Source: Cyanobacteriota bacterium (lineage in GTDB: Bacteria > Cyanobacteriota > Cyanobacteriia > PCC-6307 > Cyanobiaceae). From it: 64,000 nucleotides of DNA. Where the stretch lies: contig JBJOMY010000001.1 in assembly GCA_046052125.1 (NCBI GenBank), forward strand, positions 96,001 to 160,000, written 5' to 3'. Positions 51,740 through 61,083 of this stretch are shown here, piece by piece (position 1 is the stretch's first letter; every line of letters starts with the position of its first letter). The position numbers and the translations under genes were made by a program. The notes beneath the pieces were generated by a model that was given only the letters and a program-made list of their open reading frames with translations, ran no database searches and had not been told where the DNA came from.

Positions 51740-52504
51740 ATGAGCAGTGAACCCGCTCAGCCGCTGAAGGTGCTGATCGCCGACGACGAGGACAACATTC
51801 GCCGGGTCCTGGAGACCCGCCTCAAGTTGCATGGCTATGCAGTGGCTGGAGCGGAGAACGGTGTGAAGGCGATGGAGCTCTTCCATGCCTTTCGCCCCGA
51901 CCTCGCGGTGCTCGACGTGATGATGCCCGGGCTGGATGGCTTTGCGGTGACGGAGCAGATCCGCGCTCAGTCGGAGATCCCGATCATCCTGCTAACGGCG
52001 CTGAGCGATTTAGCCAATCGAATCACCGGTCTGCAGCTCGGCGCCGATGACTACATGGTGAAGCCCTTCAGCCCCAAGGAGTTGGAGGCGAGGATCCGCA
52101 GCGTCATGCGCCGCGTCGAGCATGGATCAGGGCACAGCCCTGGGGCACCTGGCCTGGGCGGCGTGTTGCAGGTGGGTGAGCTCTCGATCGATTTCAACCG
52201 CCGGGCGGTGTTCAGGGGTGAGGCGCGCGTTCGCCTCACGGGCATGGAATTCAGCATGCTCGAACTGCTGGTGCGCCGTTCAGGCGAAGCGATTTCGCGC
52301 CTGGAGTTGCTGGAGGCCGTGTGGGGCTACCGGCCGGAACGTGCCAGCGACAGCCGGGTGGTGGATGTGCACGTGTCCCGCTTACGTTCCAAGCTGGAGG
52401 ACGACGCCGATCAACCGAGCCTGATCCTCACGGCCCGGGGAACCGGCTACATGTTTGCGCGGCTATCAGCCCCCGAAGAGAAAAGGGTGGGCTTCACGCC
52501 TTAA
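51740..52504 (+). CDS. OmpR-family response regulator, RpaB/SrrA-like
   Basis: DDE, LDVMMP, KPFSPKELEARI, LTGMEFS, RVVDVHVSRLRSKLE, TARGTGY. Confidence 0.9.
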   Translation: MSSEPAQPLKVLIADDEDNIRRVLETRLKLHGYAVAGAENGVKAMELFHAFRPDLAVLDVMMPGLDGFAVTEQIRAQSEIPIILLTALSDLANRITGLQLGADDYMVKPFSPKELEARIRSVMRRVEHGSGHSPGAPGLGGVLQVGELSIDFNRRAVFRGEARVRLTGMEFSMLELLVRRSGEAISRLELLEAVWGYRPERASDSRVVDVHVSRLRSKLEDDADQPSLILTARGTGYMFARLSAPEEKRVGFTP

Positions 52505-52571
52505 AGCATTCGCGGGATTGAAGTCTCACGCTCAGACCTGAGAGACCTTTGCAATTCGTAAGACGTTCCTC

Positions 52572-52598
52572 GAGGCGGGCTCCGGCTTGCCTTTTTTT
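52572..52598 (+). terminator. Intrinsic terminator downstream of response regulator
   Basis: GAGGCGGGC-tccg-GCTTGCCTT then T-run. Confidence 0.65.
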
Positions 52599-52772
52599 AT
52601 GTCCAATCGAGGAGTCGGTCGCCCAACGGAGCGGCAGAACCTTTAGACAATCTGTATCTCCAAACGGCGCTCACCTTGCTGAAGAGTTTGTCGTTGCTCG
52701 CGGGGTGTTCACTCCTCGGCTTCGCCTTGATCCAGCTCACTTTCACCTGGCTCACCTGAGGCGCCCAAGGCC

Positions 52773-53924
52773 TCAGTAATAGAACGCACCATCGGTTGGA
52801 TTGCGCCGCACGGCAGCACAGCGCGTCGCGATCCGCCACAGGGCTTGATGAATGGGCGTGGCGTCGTAGCGAATCAGATCCGGGTAGCGCTGCCGCAGCA
52901 GGGCAGTGCCCCGCCAGGCGTTGTAGTGGGGGATGCGTGCATTGATGTGATGGCACACGTGGGTGGAGCCGATGCCGTGGTGCAGCCAATTGAGCAGCGG
53001 TCCGTAGGGGCGGTCAACGGTTTGGAGGGCACCTTTGGCCCAGGTCCATTGGTCGGATGCGAAATGCGGAATAGTCAGATCGGAGTGCTGCAGCCAGGTG
53101 TAGGTGATCAACCAGACATTCACCACGAGGTAGGGGAGCCCATACACGCACAGCACCCTCGCCAGTGAGAACTGAACAGCGAGAGCTCCGAGCACCAGCA
53201 GAACAACCAGAATGCCGACGTTTGAGCGCAGCATCCGGCGGCGGAATGCTCTCGGGAAGAGGGATCGTTTTCCCCTGTCGTAGAAGTCGCCGTTCCAGAA
53301 GTGGGAGGTTGGGCGGCCGTAGTCTTCACCACCGGTGGCGCCAACGAAGAGATAAAGAGGCCAGCCCAGGATCAGGTGGCTGAAGAGCGACACCCAACCA
53401 AACAAGCGCAAGCCAAGGCGCTGGCGCAACTGCTCCGTGATCCGCCCAGAAACCGAATCCTCTCTTGGCGGTACGTGCGTTTCACCCTGTTCGAGGTGAT
53501 TGCAATGGGCGTGGTGCACCGCATGGCTGCGGGCCCAGCTGTGATATGGAACCAGCATCAGGCTGTGGAGCATGAAGCCCACACAGCTCTCGATCCGGCG
53601 GTTCGGGTGAAAGGCGCGGTGGCCACATTCGTGCGCAATCACCCAACAGCCCATGGCCACAGTGCCTGTGATCACTCCATAGAGAAGCCACAGCGGCGCA
53701 GCCCACAACTCGAGCGGAATCGGAGTGCCGGCGGCATAGGCCATCAGCGACAACCCCAAAGACATGCCAAGGCTTCCCCAAGCCTTGAGCGGGTTGAACT
53801 GCGTTAACGCATGGGGCAGAGCCTGCAGCAGCTCTGCTTTGTTGGGATAGATGCGTTGGCTGGTGGGTTGAGGGGGACTGATCGGGCGCGCGATGAGGCA
53901 GACAGGAGGGGTCAAACGCTGCAC
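52773..53924 (-). CDS. Delta-12/omega-6 fatty acid desaturase, FAD2-like
   Basis: HECGH, HAVHH, HVCHH; LQH, TVDRPYG, IPHYNA. Confidence 0.9.
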   Translation of the reverse strand: MQRLTPPVCLIARPISPPQPTSQRIYPNKAELLQALPHALTQFNPLKAWGSLGMSLGLSLMAYAAGTPIPLELWAAPLWLLYGVITGTVAMGCWVIAHECGHRAFHPNRRIESCVGFMLHSLMLVPYHSWARSHAVHHAHCNHLEQGETHVPPREDSVSGRITEQLRQRLGLRLFGWVSLFSHLILGWPLYLFVGATGGEDYGRPTSHFWNGDFYDRGKRSLFPRAFRRRMLRSNVGILVVLLVLGALAVQFSLARVLCVYGLPYLVVNVWLITYTWLQHSDLTIPHFASDQWTWAKGALQTVDRPYGPLLNWLHHGIGSTHVCHHINARIPHYNAWRGTALLRQRYPDLIRYDATPIHQALWRIATRCAAVRRNPTDGAFYY

Positions 53925-54453
53925 CGCATCAAGTCAACCTTTCAGTTTTAGGAATGCTTAAGACTCTATCGGTCGCTGGGCTGAGGCGGCTCGTGTGAAG
54001 CGCTTGAAGACCCAGACCGGCGAGTGCCTGGTTGGGTTCATCACTAGAAGTGATCAATGATCTGGAGGTTCAAGGCAGCCAGCCATTCCAGATCCACGGG
54101 CAGGAGCAGGATGTGCCTGCGTTGCTCAACGCAAGGTTGTATTGGAAAGGGATTAAGGCTTCACCTCAGCGCCCTGATTCATCCAGCTGTGAGCCCCATC
54201 AAGACGGCGCTTGAACGGATCACGAACGACGCCGATCACCGTGCGTTTGCCTCGCCGATCTGCGTGGCTGACCGCCCGGGCAGCTCTACCAGCGACTGCT
54301 ACAGATCAGTGACCAGCAGGGCCGCTCCCTCTCGAATCTGGCCTGCCACTGGCTCGAGAGGCAGTCAGCCGACGGCTAAGCACATCCACTCTTGTGGTGG
54401 GTGTCCGGGCTGGTTTAGAGCGAACTTGGACCAGCGTTGAACCGGAGGGCTCC

Positions 54454-54759
54454 ATGAGCATCAGGGACGAACGGAGAGCCGAGCCCCGAACCGAGTTGCA
54501 TCGGCTCTGGACGGTCAGCGTTGAATCCGATCGGTTGGGCCAGCGCCGCGCTCAGGTGCTGGATTACAGCGCATCAGGGATCAAGCTCGCTCTTGATGGA
54601 GTCTGCGATCTACGCCCTGGGGCCTCGCTGGAGATTCACTACCCCGGCACGGGCTGGTCGTATCAAGCAACGATCGCCTGGACAAAGCAAGACGACACAG
54701 AGACCATCCTTGGCGCTCGGCTTTTAGAAGCGGCTTGTTCGTTGCGTCAGGCCTGTTAG
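54454..54759 (+). CDS. Stand-alone PilZ domain protein
   Basis: ERRAEPR (RxxxR) and DYSASG (DxSxxG); GGAGG upstream. Confidence 0.78.
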   Translation: MSIRDERRAEPRTELHRLWTVSVESDRLGQRRAQVLDYSASGIKLALDGVCDLRPGASLEIHYPGTGWSYQATIAWTKQDDTETILGARLLEAACSLRQAC

Positions 54760-54833
54760 CGGCCAGCGAGGCCTGTCTTTGCTGGCGATTCGGCCAGTAC
54801 AACAGTGAATCGTTTGAACGTGGAGTGGTCTGG

Positions 54834-54865
54834 ACAGTTTCGGCCTCAACAGTTTCGGCCTCAAC
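54834..54865. repeat. 15-bp tandem duplication
   Basis: ACAGTTTCGGCCTCA x2. Confidence 0.8.
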
Positions 54866-55873
54866 CGCCGATGACTGATGGATCACTCACAATCTCGTGA
54901 ATGACGTAACTGACGTGGGCCTCTAGCAATCGGATTGAAAAGCCAGGAGCACAGAATGATGACCATTGCCTCTGAGTAGAACGTTCATTCACTTCTACGA
55001 GTCGGGGGCCACGTTTGCCGCAGCAGCAATGAAGAAGCAGATGGGCTGACCATCGGCAGGTCTGGATGGCCATGGATAGATTATCGATGGTTTACCGCAA
55101 CCCTGGGCGCCACATTGGGAAACTGCGAGTCATGTCTGCATTACTCGCCGCCTGTCGGCCCCCAGGGTCTCTGCACGGTTTGGCAAAAGAGCATGACAGC
55201 AGCAGAAGCTGCGATCCACACCTGTCCGATGTGGGAGAAGCGTCGGCGACCCACGTCAACCGATGAAGTCTTCACACGAAGAAAATGAGCCAATAGTCTG
55301 CGCATCGCAGGGCATTGGCATCATTTGCTGGTTTTTCCGTTTGGTCACCATGCGTTGTTGAATGACACCCATCCCGAACTTAAGCACGAGGCTCAGTATG
55401 GGTTCAGGTTGAAGAACTGAACGTTGCAAACACAACAACCAAAAACCCCCGAGCAGCGCCCGAGGGTCATGGGTCAATCACGAACACTCCAATGGCTTGT
55501 GGTCGTTGAAGCTGCTGGCGTTGGCACCTTGAGCCGAACGTTCCAGGTGTGGGTTGGTTGGTTCTCCTGGGGCACCTGAGGCGGTGCAAACGGAGTGTCG
55601 ATCAGTCAGGCGCACGAGGTGAGAACAAGCTCAAGGGCTGTTCTCTTGCCCGGCTGAACGACCCGCCCACGGTTGGGTGAAGACTGTTGGAGCAGGGGCC
55701 TGCAGTCAGCGATGCTTCTCGATCTGCTGCTCGGGTGGGGTATCAGCCATCGGTGGCGCCTCCCTGGGTTGGTGATCACAGATTCGCTCCGGCGAGCGCG
55801 CTGAGCAATCCGTTTTTTCACGCATTGCCTTGCCCGCAGAACAGGAGCAGCGTGGTTGGTTTGGCCTTGTTGT

Positions 55874-56164
55874 TCAGCGCCAAAGCACCATCCGCGGCGG
55901 CTGTGGTGGCTGCCATTGCGGGGCGCACGGTCTCCAGCCCTCAGCCCTGCATTGCCGCCACAGCTCAACGGCCTTCTCGCGGCTGAGCCGCTGGCGCCGC
56001 TTGAGTAACGGTGCTGTTTGGTCCCTCAGCCACTCACCACTGGTCACCTCCAACTCCTGCTGCGAACGCCGCCAGATCACCGGCTTGAAATGGAGCACCT
56101 TGCGGCCATCACTGAGCCAGGCTTCCGCTGGACGTGCAGATCGAGTTGTCAGCGATGCATCCAC
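55874..56164 (-). CDS. DUF1651-like picocyanobacterial protein
   Basis: WLSDG..VLHFKP...PLLK.R..L....A..LW....EGW...PQW pattern. Confidence 0.7.
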   Translation of the reverse strand: MDASLTTRSARPAEAWLSDGRKVLHFKPVIWRRSQQELEVTSGEWLRDQTAPLLKRRQRLSREKAVELWRQCRAEGWRPCAPQWQPPQPPRMVLWR

Positions 56165-56242
56165 AGTGATCAGACCAGTGTCATCTCAGATCGACTTGAT
56201 CTCAGCCAAGGCCGAAAGTTGCGCCTGCTGCAAGCACACCAG

Positions 56243-57331
56243 CTACAGGAGCCCTGGGGGCTGGACATGAAACAGTTCAGCAGATGAGAGCGCTCCACCC
56301 GCATCTGCTCCACCAGCGATCAGAACCGTGCCGTTCTGCAACGGTGTGGCGGTGTGGCGATAGCGCGGGGTGTTCATCGACCCAACCTCCTGAAAGGTTT
56401 GGCGGGCGATGTTGTAGATCTCGGCCGAAGCAAGAGGCACCACTCCGTCATAGCCACCGGCCATCAGCATGGTGTTGCGGTTCAGGTTGGTGGCTGTATG
56501 ACGGGCTCTCGCCGCATGCATTGTGCCGGCCTTCAGAAAACGTCCGGCTCCCGTCAGCCATGACCAACCGCTGCGCACGAAGCGTTCGCTGGAACGCTGA
56601 ACATCACCAGTTGCTGTAGCAAAGCCCCCAGCCATCAAGACACTTCCATCTGGCAACAGGCTCGCTGTTGGATAGCGCCTTGGCGTTGACATCTCCGCTG
56701 CAGAGCTAAAGCTGTTCGATTTCGGGTTGAAGAGCTCGGGTGAATTGACAGCCTCACCGTTGTATCCCCCTGCTACCAGAACAGTGCCATCTCGTAGCAA
56801 TGTGGCCGTTGCGTTCCGGCGCGCCGTCTGCATCGAACCCGCCTCCACAAAACGACCGGCCTTGGGTTTGTAGATCTCTGCAGAAGCCAGGGGGGTGCCA
56901 TGGCTTGTGCCTTCATAGCCCCCAGCCACAAGCACTCGTCCATTGCCGAGCAGGGTGACGGTTGGGTTGATCCGAGCCGTGAGCAACGAACCAGTCGGTG
57001 AGAAGGTTCCGGTGATCGGGTCAAACAGCTCCACTGAGGCAAGGGCATTGCCGCTGGCGTCTTGTCCCCCCACCATCAGAATCTTCCCGTTGCGGAGCTG
57101 CGTGGCTTCCGCCGCTACACGAGCTGCGCCCATGGATCCAGTCGGGGTAAACAGACCGGTAAACGGGTCGTAAATCTCAGCCGACGCCAGCGTCGCCAGC
57201 GTTGTGTCGTAGCCCCCAGCGATCAATACATCCCCATTGGCCAGTTCAGTTGCTGTGTGCAACGATCGAGCGCTGCTCATCTCTCCAGTGGGGGTGAAAT
57301 ACCCCTTCCCCGTGGTTGCTGAAGCGGCCAT
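56243..57331 (-). CDS. Kelch-repeat beta-propeller protein, 7 repeats
   Basis: Seven F..xG.M...R....AT.L..G.VL.AGG units. Confidence 0.88.
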   Translation of the reverse strand: MAASATTGKGYFTPTGEMSSARSLHTATELANGDVLIAGGYDTTLATLASAEIYDPFTGLFTPTGSMGAARVAAEATQLRNGKILMVGGQDASGNALASVELFDPITGTFSPTGSLLTARINPTVTLLGNGRVLVAGGYEGTSHGTPLASAEIYKPKAGRFVEAGSMQTARRNATATLLRDGTVLVAGGYNGEAVNSPELFNPKSNSFSSAAEMSTPRRYPTASLLPDGSVLMAGGFATATGDVQRSSERFVRSGWSWLTGAGRFLKAGTMHAARARHTATNLNRNTMLMAGGYDGVVPLASAEIYNIARQTFQEVGSMNTPRYRHTATPLQNGTVLIAGGADAGGALSSAELFHVQPPGLL

Positions 57332-57448
57332 AGGGGATCAAAGAAGTCGATTGCCTGTATGGGAGCAGGCCACTACGGACTCACCGTAGGTGCCTGATTT
57401 GCTCTGTCATCTGGGCGGGCTGAGTTCCTATCCCTGAATCCAGACATC

Positions 57449-57709
57449 TCAGCCCGCCTCCGGCGCCCAACCCCGCTTGCGGGCCATGTCATCAGTCCAG
57501 CCCTGACAGCGGTTCAACAGGTGATCGCCCTGGGCAATCAGTCCCTGGTGCAGCTGGCAGGTGAGCAAAGGAATGCACTGCGGCCCGGCGTGATGGCGAA
57601 ACCAGTGGCAGGTCATGCAGACCTTGCGGCTACGGCTGGGGCGCAACAGGTCGCCATCGAGATAGGGCCAGGCCTCGCAGTCGCCTGCGGCCTCATCCGC
57701 AGCCGTCAT
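57449..57709 (-). CDS. Small Cys/His-rich hypothetical protein (alternative start 57742)
   Basis: CMTCHWF...C....TCQLH.....H...C. Confidence 0.68.
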   Translation of the reverse strand: MTAADEAAGDCEAWPYLDGDLLRPSRSRKVCMTCHWFRHHAGPQCIPLLTCQLHQGLIAQGDHLLNRCQGWTDDMARKRGWAPEAG

Positions 57710-57759
57710 TGAGCGGGCTGACCTTGAACGGGAGAGCGCCATCACCAAACCCTTGCATG

Positions 57760-57773
57760 CGTACACCCGTACT
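57760..57773 (-). promoter_or_regulatory. Cyanobacterial LexA box
   Basis: Minus strand AGTACGGGTGTACG fits RGTAC-NNND-GTWC-B; immediately upstream of the Cys-rich ORF. Confidence 0.6.
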
Positions 57774-58126
57774 AGCAGGGATTGGGTGGGTTGGCGCGGT
57801 CGCTGAGCAGCGCCTTTCACAAAAGAACCCCGGGCCATGGGCGCCCGGGGCCTTTGAGCCAGCGGGACCTTGGCTGCCCGCTTCTCCATGGTTATGGCTC
57901 ACTATTGATGCCAAGCGCAAGCGACGAGCGGTCTCGGTTGGGCGTGTTGCTGAAGGCTCCACCTCCGTTTGTTGTTGCCGGCGCTGATCGGATCGCTCCT
58001 TCGTGCAGCCATGGCTGTGGGATTCAGCTGGCTGCATGGGTTATCAGAGCTCTATCTGCAGAGGTGGCGCTGAGGCTCTCCTCCGCGAGTAGCCAGTCCT
58101 AGGTTGAATCCATTGGCAGGTCAGCG

Positions 58127-58510
58127 ATGACAAAGAAACAAACCTGGTTGGTGATTGGACTTTCAGCGGTCCTCTCAGCTGCAGCAACTCCTCTGATGGC
58201 CAGTGCCGCGCCTGGCAACCGCGTGGGCTCTTGTTCAGAAGCAACGGTGGTCGAGCGTCATTACGGCCCAACCCAGCCCTCTGGCTCCGGCGCCGCTGTG
58301 AAAGAGGTGTACCTGAGCCTCAGTGATGGGGAACATCTCGACGGTCCAGCCGAGCTGGGCACCACCGGCTTCTTCTGGGACTACACCCCGGGCAACAAGG
58401 TGGGTGTCTGTGTGGAAGCCCTCCACCCCAGCCGCCTGCGCGTCGATGACCGCATGACGGGCGCCAGTTTTGTGGCACATCCGAGCTCTGCCGCACCGGC
58501 AGGTAGCTGA
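58127..58510 (+). CDS. Secreted hypothetical protein
   Basis: Signal peptide, two Cys, beta-rich. Confidence 0.62.
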   Translation: MTKKQTWLVIGLSAVLSAAATPLMASAAPGNRVGSCSEATVVERHYGPTQPSGSGAAVKEVYLSLSDGEHLDGPAELGTTGFFWDYTPGNKVGVCVEALHPSRLRVDDRMTGASFVAHPSSAAPAGS

Positions 58511-58611
58511 TCCGGTCGCTGCGCCACCAGCCCAGCCTGATCTAGCGGCTGCGGACGCTAGTTCTTGACAGCTGCATCACCTGAGGGCTGCGGCGATGCT
58601 CCTGTTGCTGG

Positions 58612-59040
58612 CTACGACGCGGAGCAGCTCGCCTGCCGTGCCTTGATCAGCGCATCGGCCTGGCGAGCCAGACGGGCGCCGTCAGTGGTGAGAAAAGGAA
58701 AGCCGGCGCTGTTCCGGTAGAGCACAGGACGGGTGGCTGTGAGCTGCATCTCGGCCTGCTCGCGGCAGAGGATGTAGGCGCCGTAATCGAGCTGTTCTGG
58801 CGGCTCCGCGCTCGAGTCGTTGGTCTTGCCGTCTGCTGTGGCGAGAGCCTCCAGCCGCGGGCAGACCCTTTGGCGCTCAGCGTGCACCAAGACCAACTCA
58901 GCTGCCATGGCACGGCGCGCCAGCTGATCACGCTGCTCGTGCAGTTGCCGGCAATCCACGGCCCAGCTGGGGTCAACGAATCCAAACGCCAGTGGGAGCG
59001 CCAGCGCCCTGCGAACACATGTATACATTCGCTGTGACAT
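58612..59040 (-). CDS. Secreted hypothetical protein with four mature-chain Cys; start uncertain
   Basis: Signal-like segment ending SWA, helical body. Confidence 0.6.
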   Translation of the reverse strand: MSQRMYTCVRRALALPLAFGFVDPSWAVDCRQLHEQRDQLARRAMAAELVLVHAERQRVCPRLEALATADGKTNDSSAEPPEQLDYGAYILCREQAEMQLTATRPVLYRNSAGFPFLTTDGARLARQADALIKARQASCSAS

Positions 59041-59053
59041 CAGCGATCGCTCA

Positions 59054-59245
59054 GTGGCCACCAAGCGTTGCACCTCAAGCCGGGACGGCAAGGTGTTGCT
59101 CTCCTGCTGGATCACGCCCGAGTTGCGGATGGAGCTCGATCGGGTCTGGGCAGCCAAGGGATACCGCCCCCACGGCCGAACCCAACAGGGCATGAACGAG
59201 ATGATCGCCGCCTACCTGGCGGCTCAGGCGGAGGGCTGGCGATGA
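59054..59245 (+). CDS. Small protein, possibly ribbon-helix-helix
   Basis: Strand-helix-helix pattern; stop overlaps CDF start (ATGA). Confidence 0.55.
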   Translation: MATKRCTSSRDGKVLLSCWITPELRMELDRVWAAKGYRPHGRTQQGMNEMIAAYLAAQAEGWR

Positions 59246-60135
59246 GCGCTGGACACGACCATCACCACGGCCACGACCATGGGCAGCGCACAGCCGGTGC
59301 AGCCTTCCGCTTGAGCATCGCGCTCAACAGCGGCCTCACCGCTCTGCAGCTGGCGATTGGTTTTGGCTTTGGCTCCCTGGCCCTGATCGGGGATGCCCTC
59401 CACAACCTCGGCGATGTGATCGGCCTGGTGCTCGGCTGGGGCGCTGAACGCCTCAGCCTGCGGCCGCCAAAGGGCCGTTTCACCTATGGCTACGGGCGCA
59501 GCACCCAGATGGCCTCGCTGATCAACGGGCTGTTGATCTTCTCCGCCGGAGTTGTGGTGGTGGTGGAAGCCATTCAACGGCTTGCCAACCCCGTGCCCCT
59601 GATTGCCGGGCCTGTGGTCTGGGCTGCTGCTGCGGGCATCGTGATCAACTTGCTCTCAGCTCGGTTGTTCGGGCACGACCACCACCACGACCTGAACCAA
59701 CGGGCGGCGGTGCTGCATCTGCTCACGGATGCAGCGGTTTCGGTGGCGGTGTTAATCAGCGCAGTGGTTGTTGGCCTCACCGGCTGGCTCTGGCTCGATG
59801 CCCTCACTGCGATCGGTGTCGGCGCCGCAGTGATCTGGAGCGCAACGGGACTGCTGCGTGAGGCGATTGCGCTCAATCTCGATGCGGCACCACGCGGTGT
59901 GGATCTGGGCGCTGTTGAATCCCTGCTCCAACAACTACCTGGCGTGGCAGCTGTGGAGGAGCTGCATGTCTGGGGGATCAGTACTTCGAGAACGGCGCTG
60001 ACCGCTCACCTACAGATCAACTCGGATCAGTTGAGCAGCCATGGGTGGAGCCGGGAACAGCTGCTGACAGAGGCGAGGGAGCACCTGGCACGGCTCGGCA
60101 TTCGCAAGTGCACGATCGAGCTCACAGCGATTTGA
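59242..60135 (+). CDS. Cation diffusion facilitator (CzcD/ZitB-like)
   Basis: His-rich N-terminus, SLALIGDALHNLGD, HLLTD, ELHVW. Confidence 0.92.
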   Translation: MSAGHDHHHGHDHGQRTAGAAFRLSIALNSGLTALQLAIGFGFGSLALIGDALHNLGDVIGLVLGWGAERLSLRPPKGRFTYGYGRSTQMASLINGLLIFSAGVVVVVEAIQRLANPVPLIAGPVVWAAAAGIVINLLSARLFGHDHHHDLNQRAAVLHLLTDAAVSVAVLISAVVVGLTGWLWLDALTAIGVGAAVIWSATGLLREAIALNLDAAPRGVDLGAVESLLQQLPGVAAVEELHVWGISTSRTALTAHLQINSDQLSSHGWSREQLLTEAREHLARLGIRKCTIELTAI

Positions 60136-60220
60136 GTTGCCTCCTGAATGCCCCCATTTGGGGGCATCAGTCCGGTATCCGCGGGAGGAAACTGAACCCA
60201 ACGAGAGATCGGAGGGCCCG

Positions 60221-60403
60221 ATGACGCACTCCACCAAGACCACCACGATTCCTGCTGTCGACGCCAGTGCCTGCTTGGGCCGCACCTGCCTGAAGTGGCG
60301 GGCCGATGGCGAGCTCACCGAACTCGACCTCAGCCTTGTGCTGGCACGCCTGGCTTTGGTCGATCAGCAACTAAGCGACCCAGCTCCGCAGCACTCCGCC
60401 TGA
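60221..60403 (+). CDS. Small hypothetical protein with CLxWxxDGEL motif
   Basis: GGAGG RBS; CLKWRADGELTELD matches 39916..40116. Confidence 0.68.
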   Translation: MTHSTKTTTIPAVDASACLGRTCLKWRADGELTELDLSLVLARLALVDQQLSDPAPQHSA

Positions 60404-60789
60404 TTCGCGCTGATACCGGGTATCTGCAGGGTGAGTGGGACGGATCGATTGCGTCGCACACAAGTGAATGCTGAATTGGCCGAACGGATTCACCAATAAC
60501 GATTCCAGCCAGTTCTGCTCGCAGGCAGTTTCACAGGGCTGATCGCTCTGCCATCATTGCCCAGCACACAAAACAAGTTGCACGCCAGCAAGACCGAGCA
60601 AAGCGGTCATGGCAAAAAGAGAGGCCGAACGCAGCGCAGCTCGCACGTTGTCTCTCCGGAGAGCCGTTGATTGTTGATCTTGTGCCAGTACAGCGCTACC
60701 ACCAAATGGCGGCATTGACCTTGCGCGGGTGCAAGCTGGGGTCCACCGCAAGAGCCAGAAGTGCCTGGAAGCAGATTTACGACAGATGC

Positions 60790-61083
60790 TCAGCTAATAA
60801 ATGACCGAGGCCAAAACCGACGCTTCAGCGGGCACAGTCCGATACATTCCCCAGCATCTGGATCGACATGGTCGATCGCCAGCTTGGCCTGAGCTGTTGT
60901 AACGCCGGGGAAGATCTCCACAAATTCATGCGATGAAATGCTGCCCCGGAGGTTCTCAAACAGCGCCGTTTCCGGAACACGCGTGTCGCGGAACAGCCAA
61001 ACGCCGCTGAGGCGCTTGGGATCTCGTTCGACAGCAGGCCAATCAACCCAGTTGATCGAGGTTGAGCAACCGTTGCTGGGTTT
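60790..61083 (-). pseudogene. Start-less DUF433 remnant
   Basis: INWVDWPAVERDPKRLSGVWLFRDTRVPETALFENL...EFVEIFPGV aligns with 63636..63875; no ATG/GTG/TTG ahead of the homologous region. Confidence 0.78.

Noticed and set aside
59012..59026. Second LexA-like box
   Set aside because: One half-site reads TATAC rather than RGTAC, and it overlaps a probable coding start
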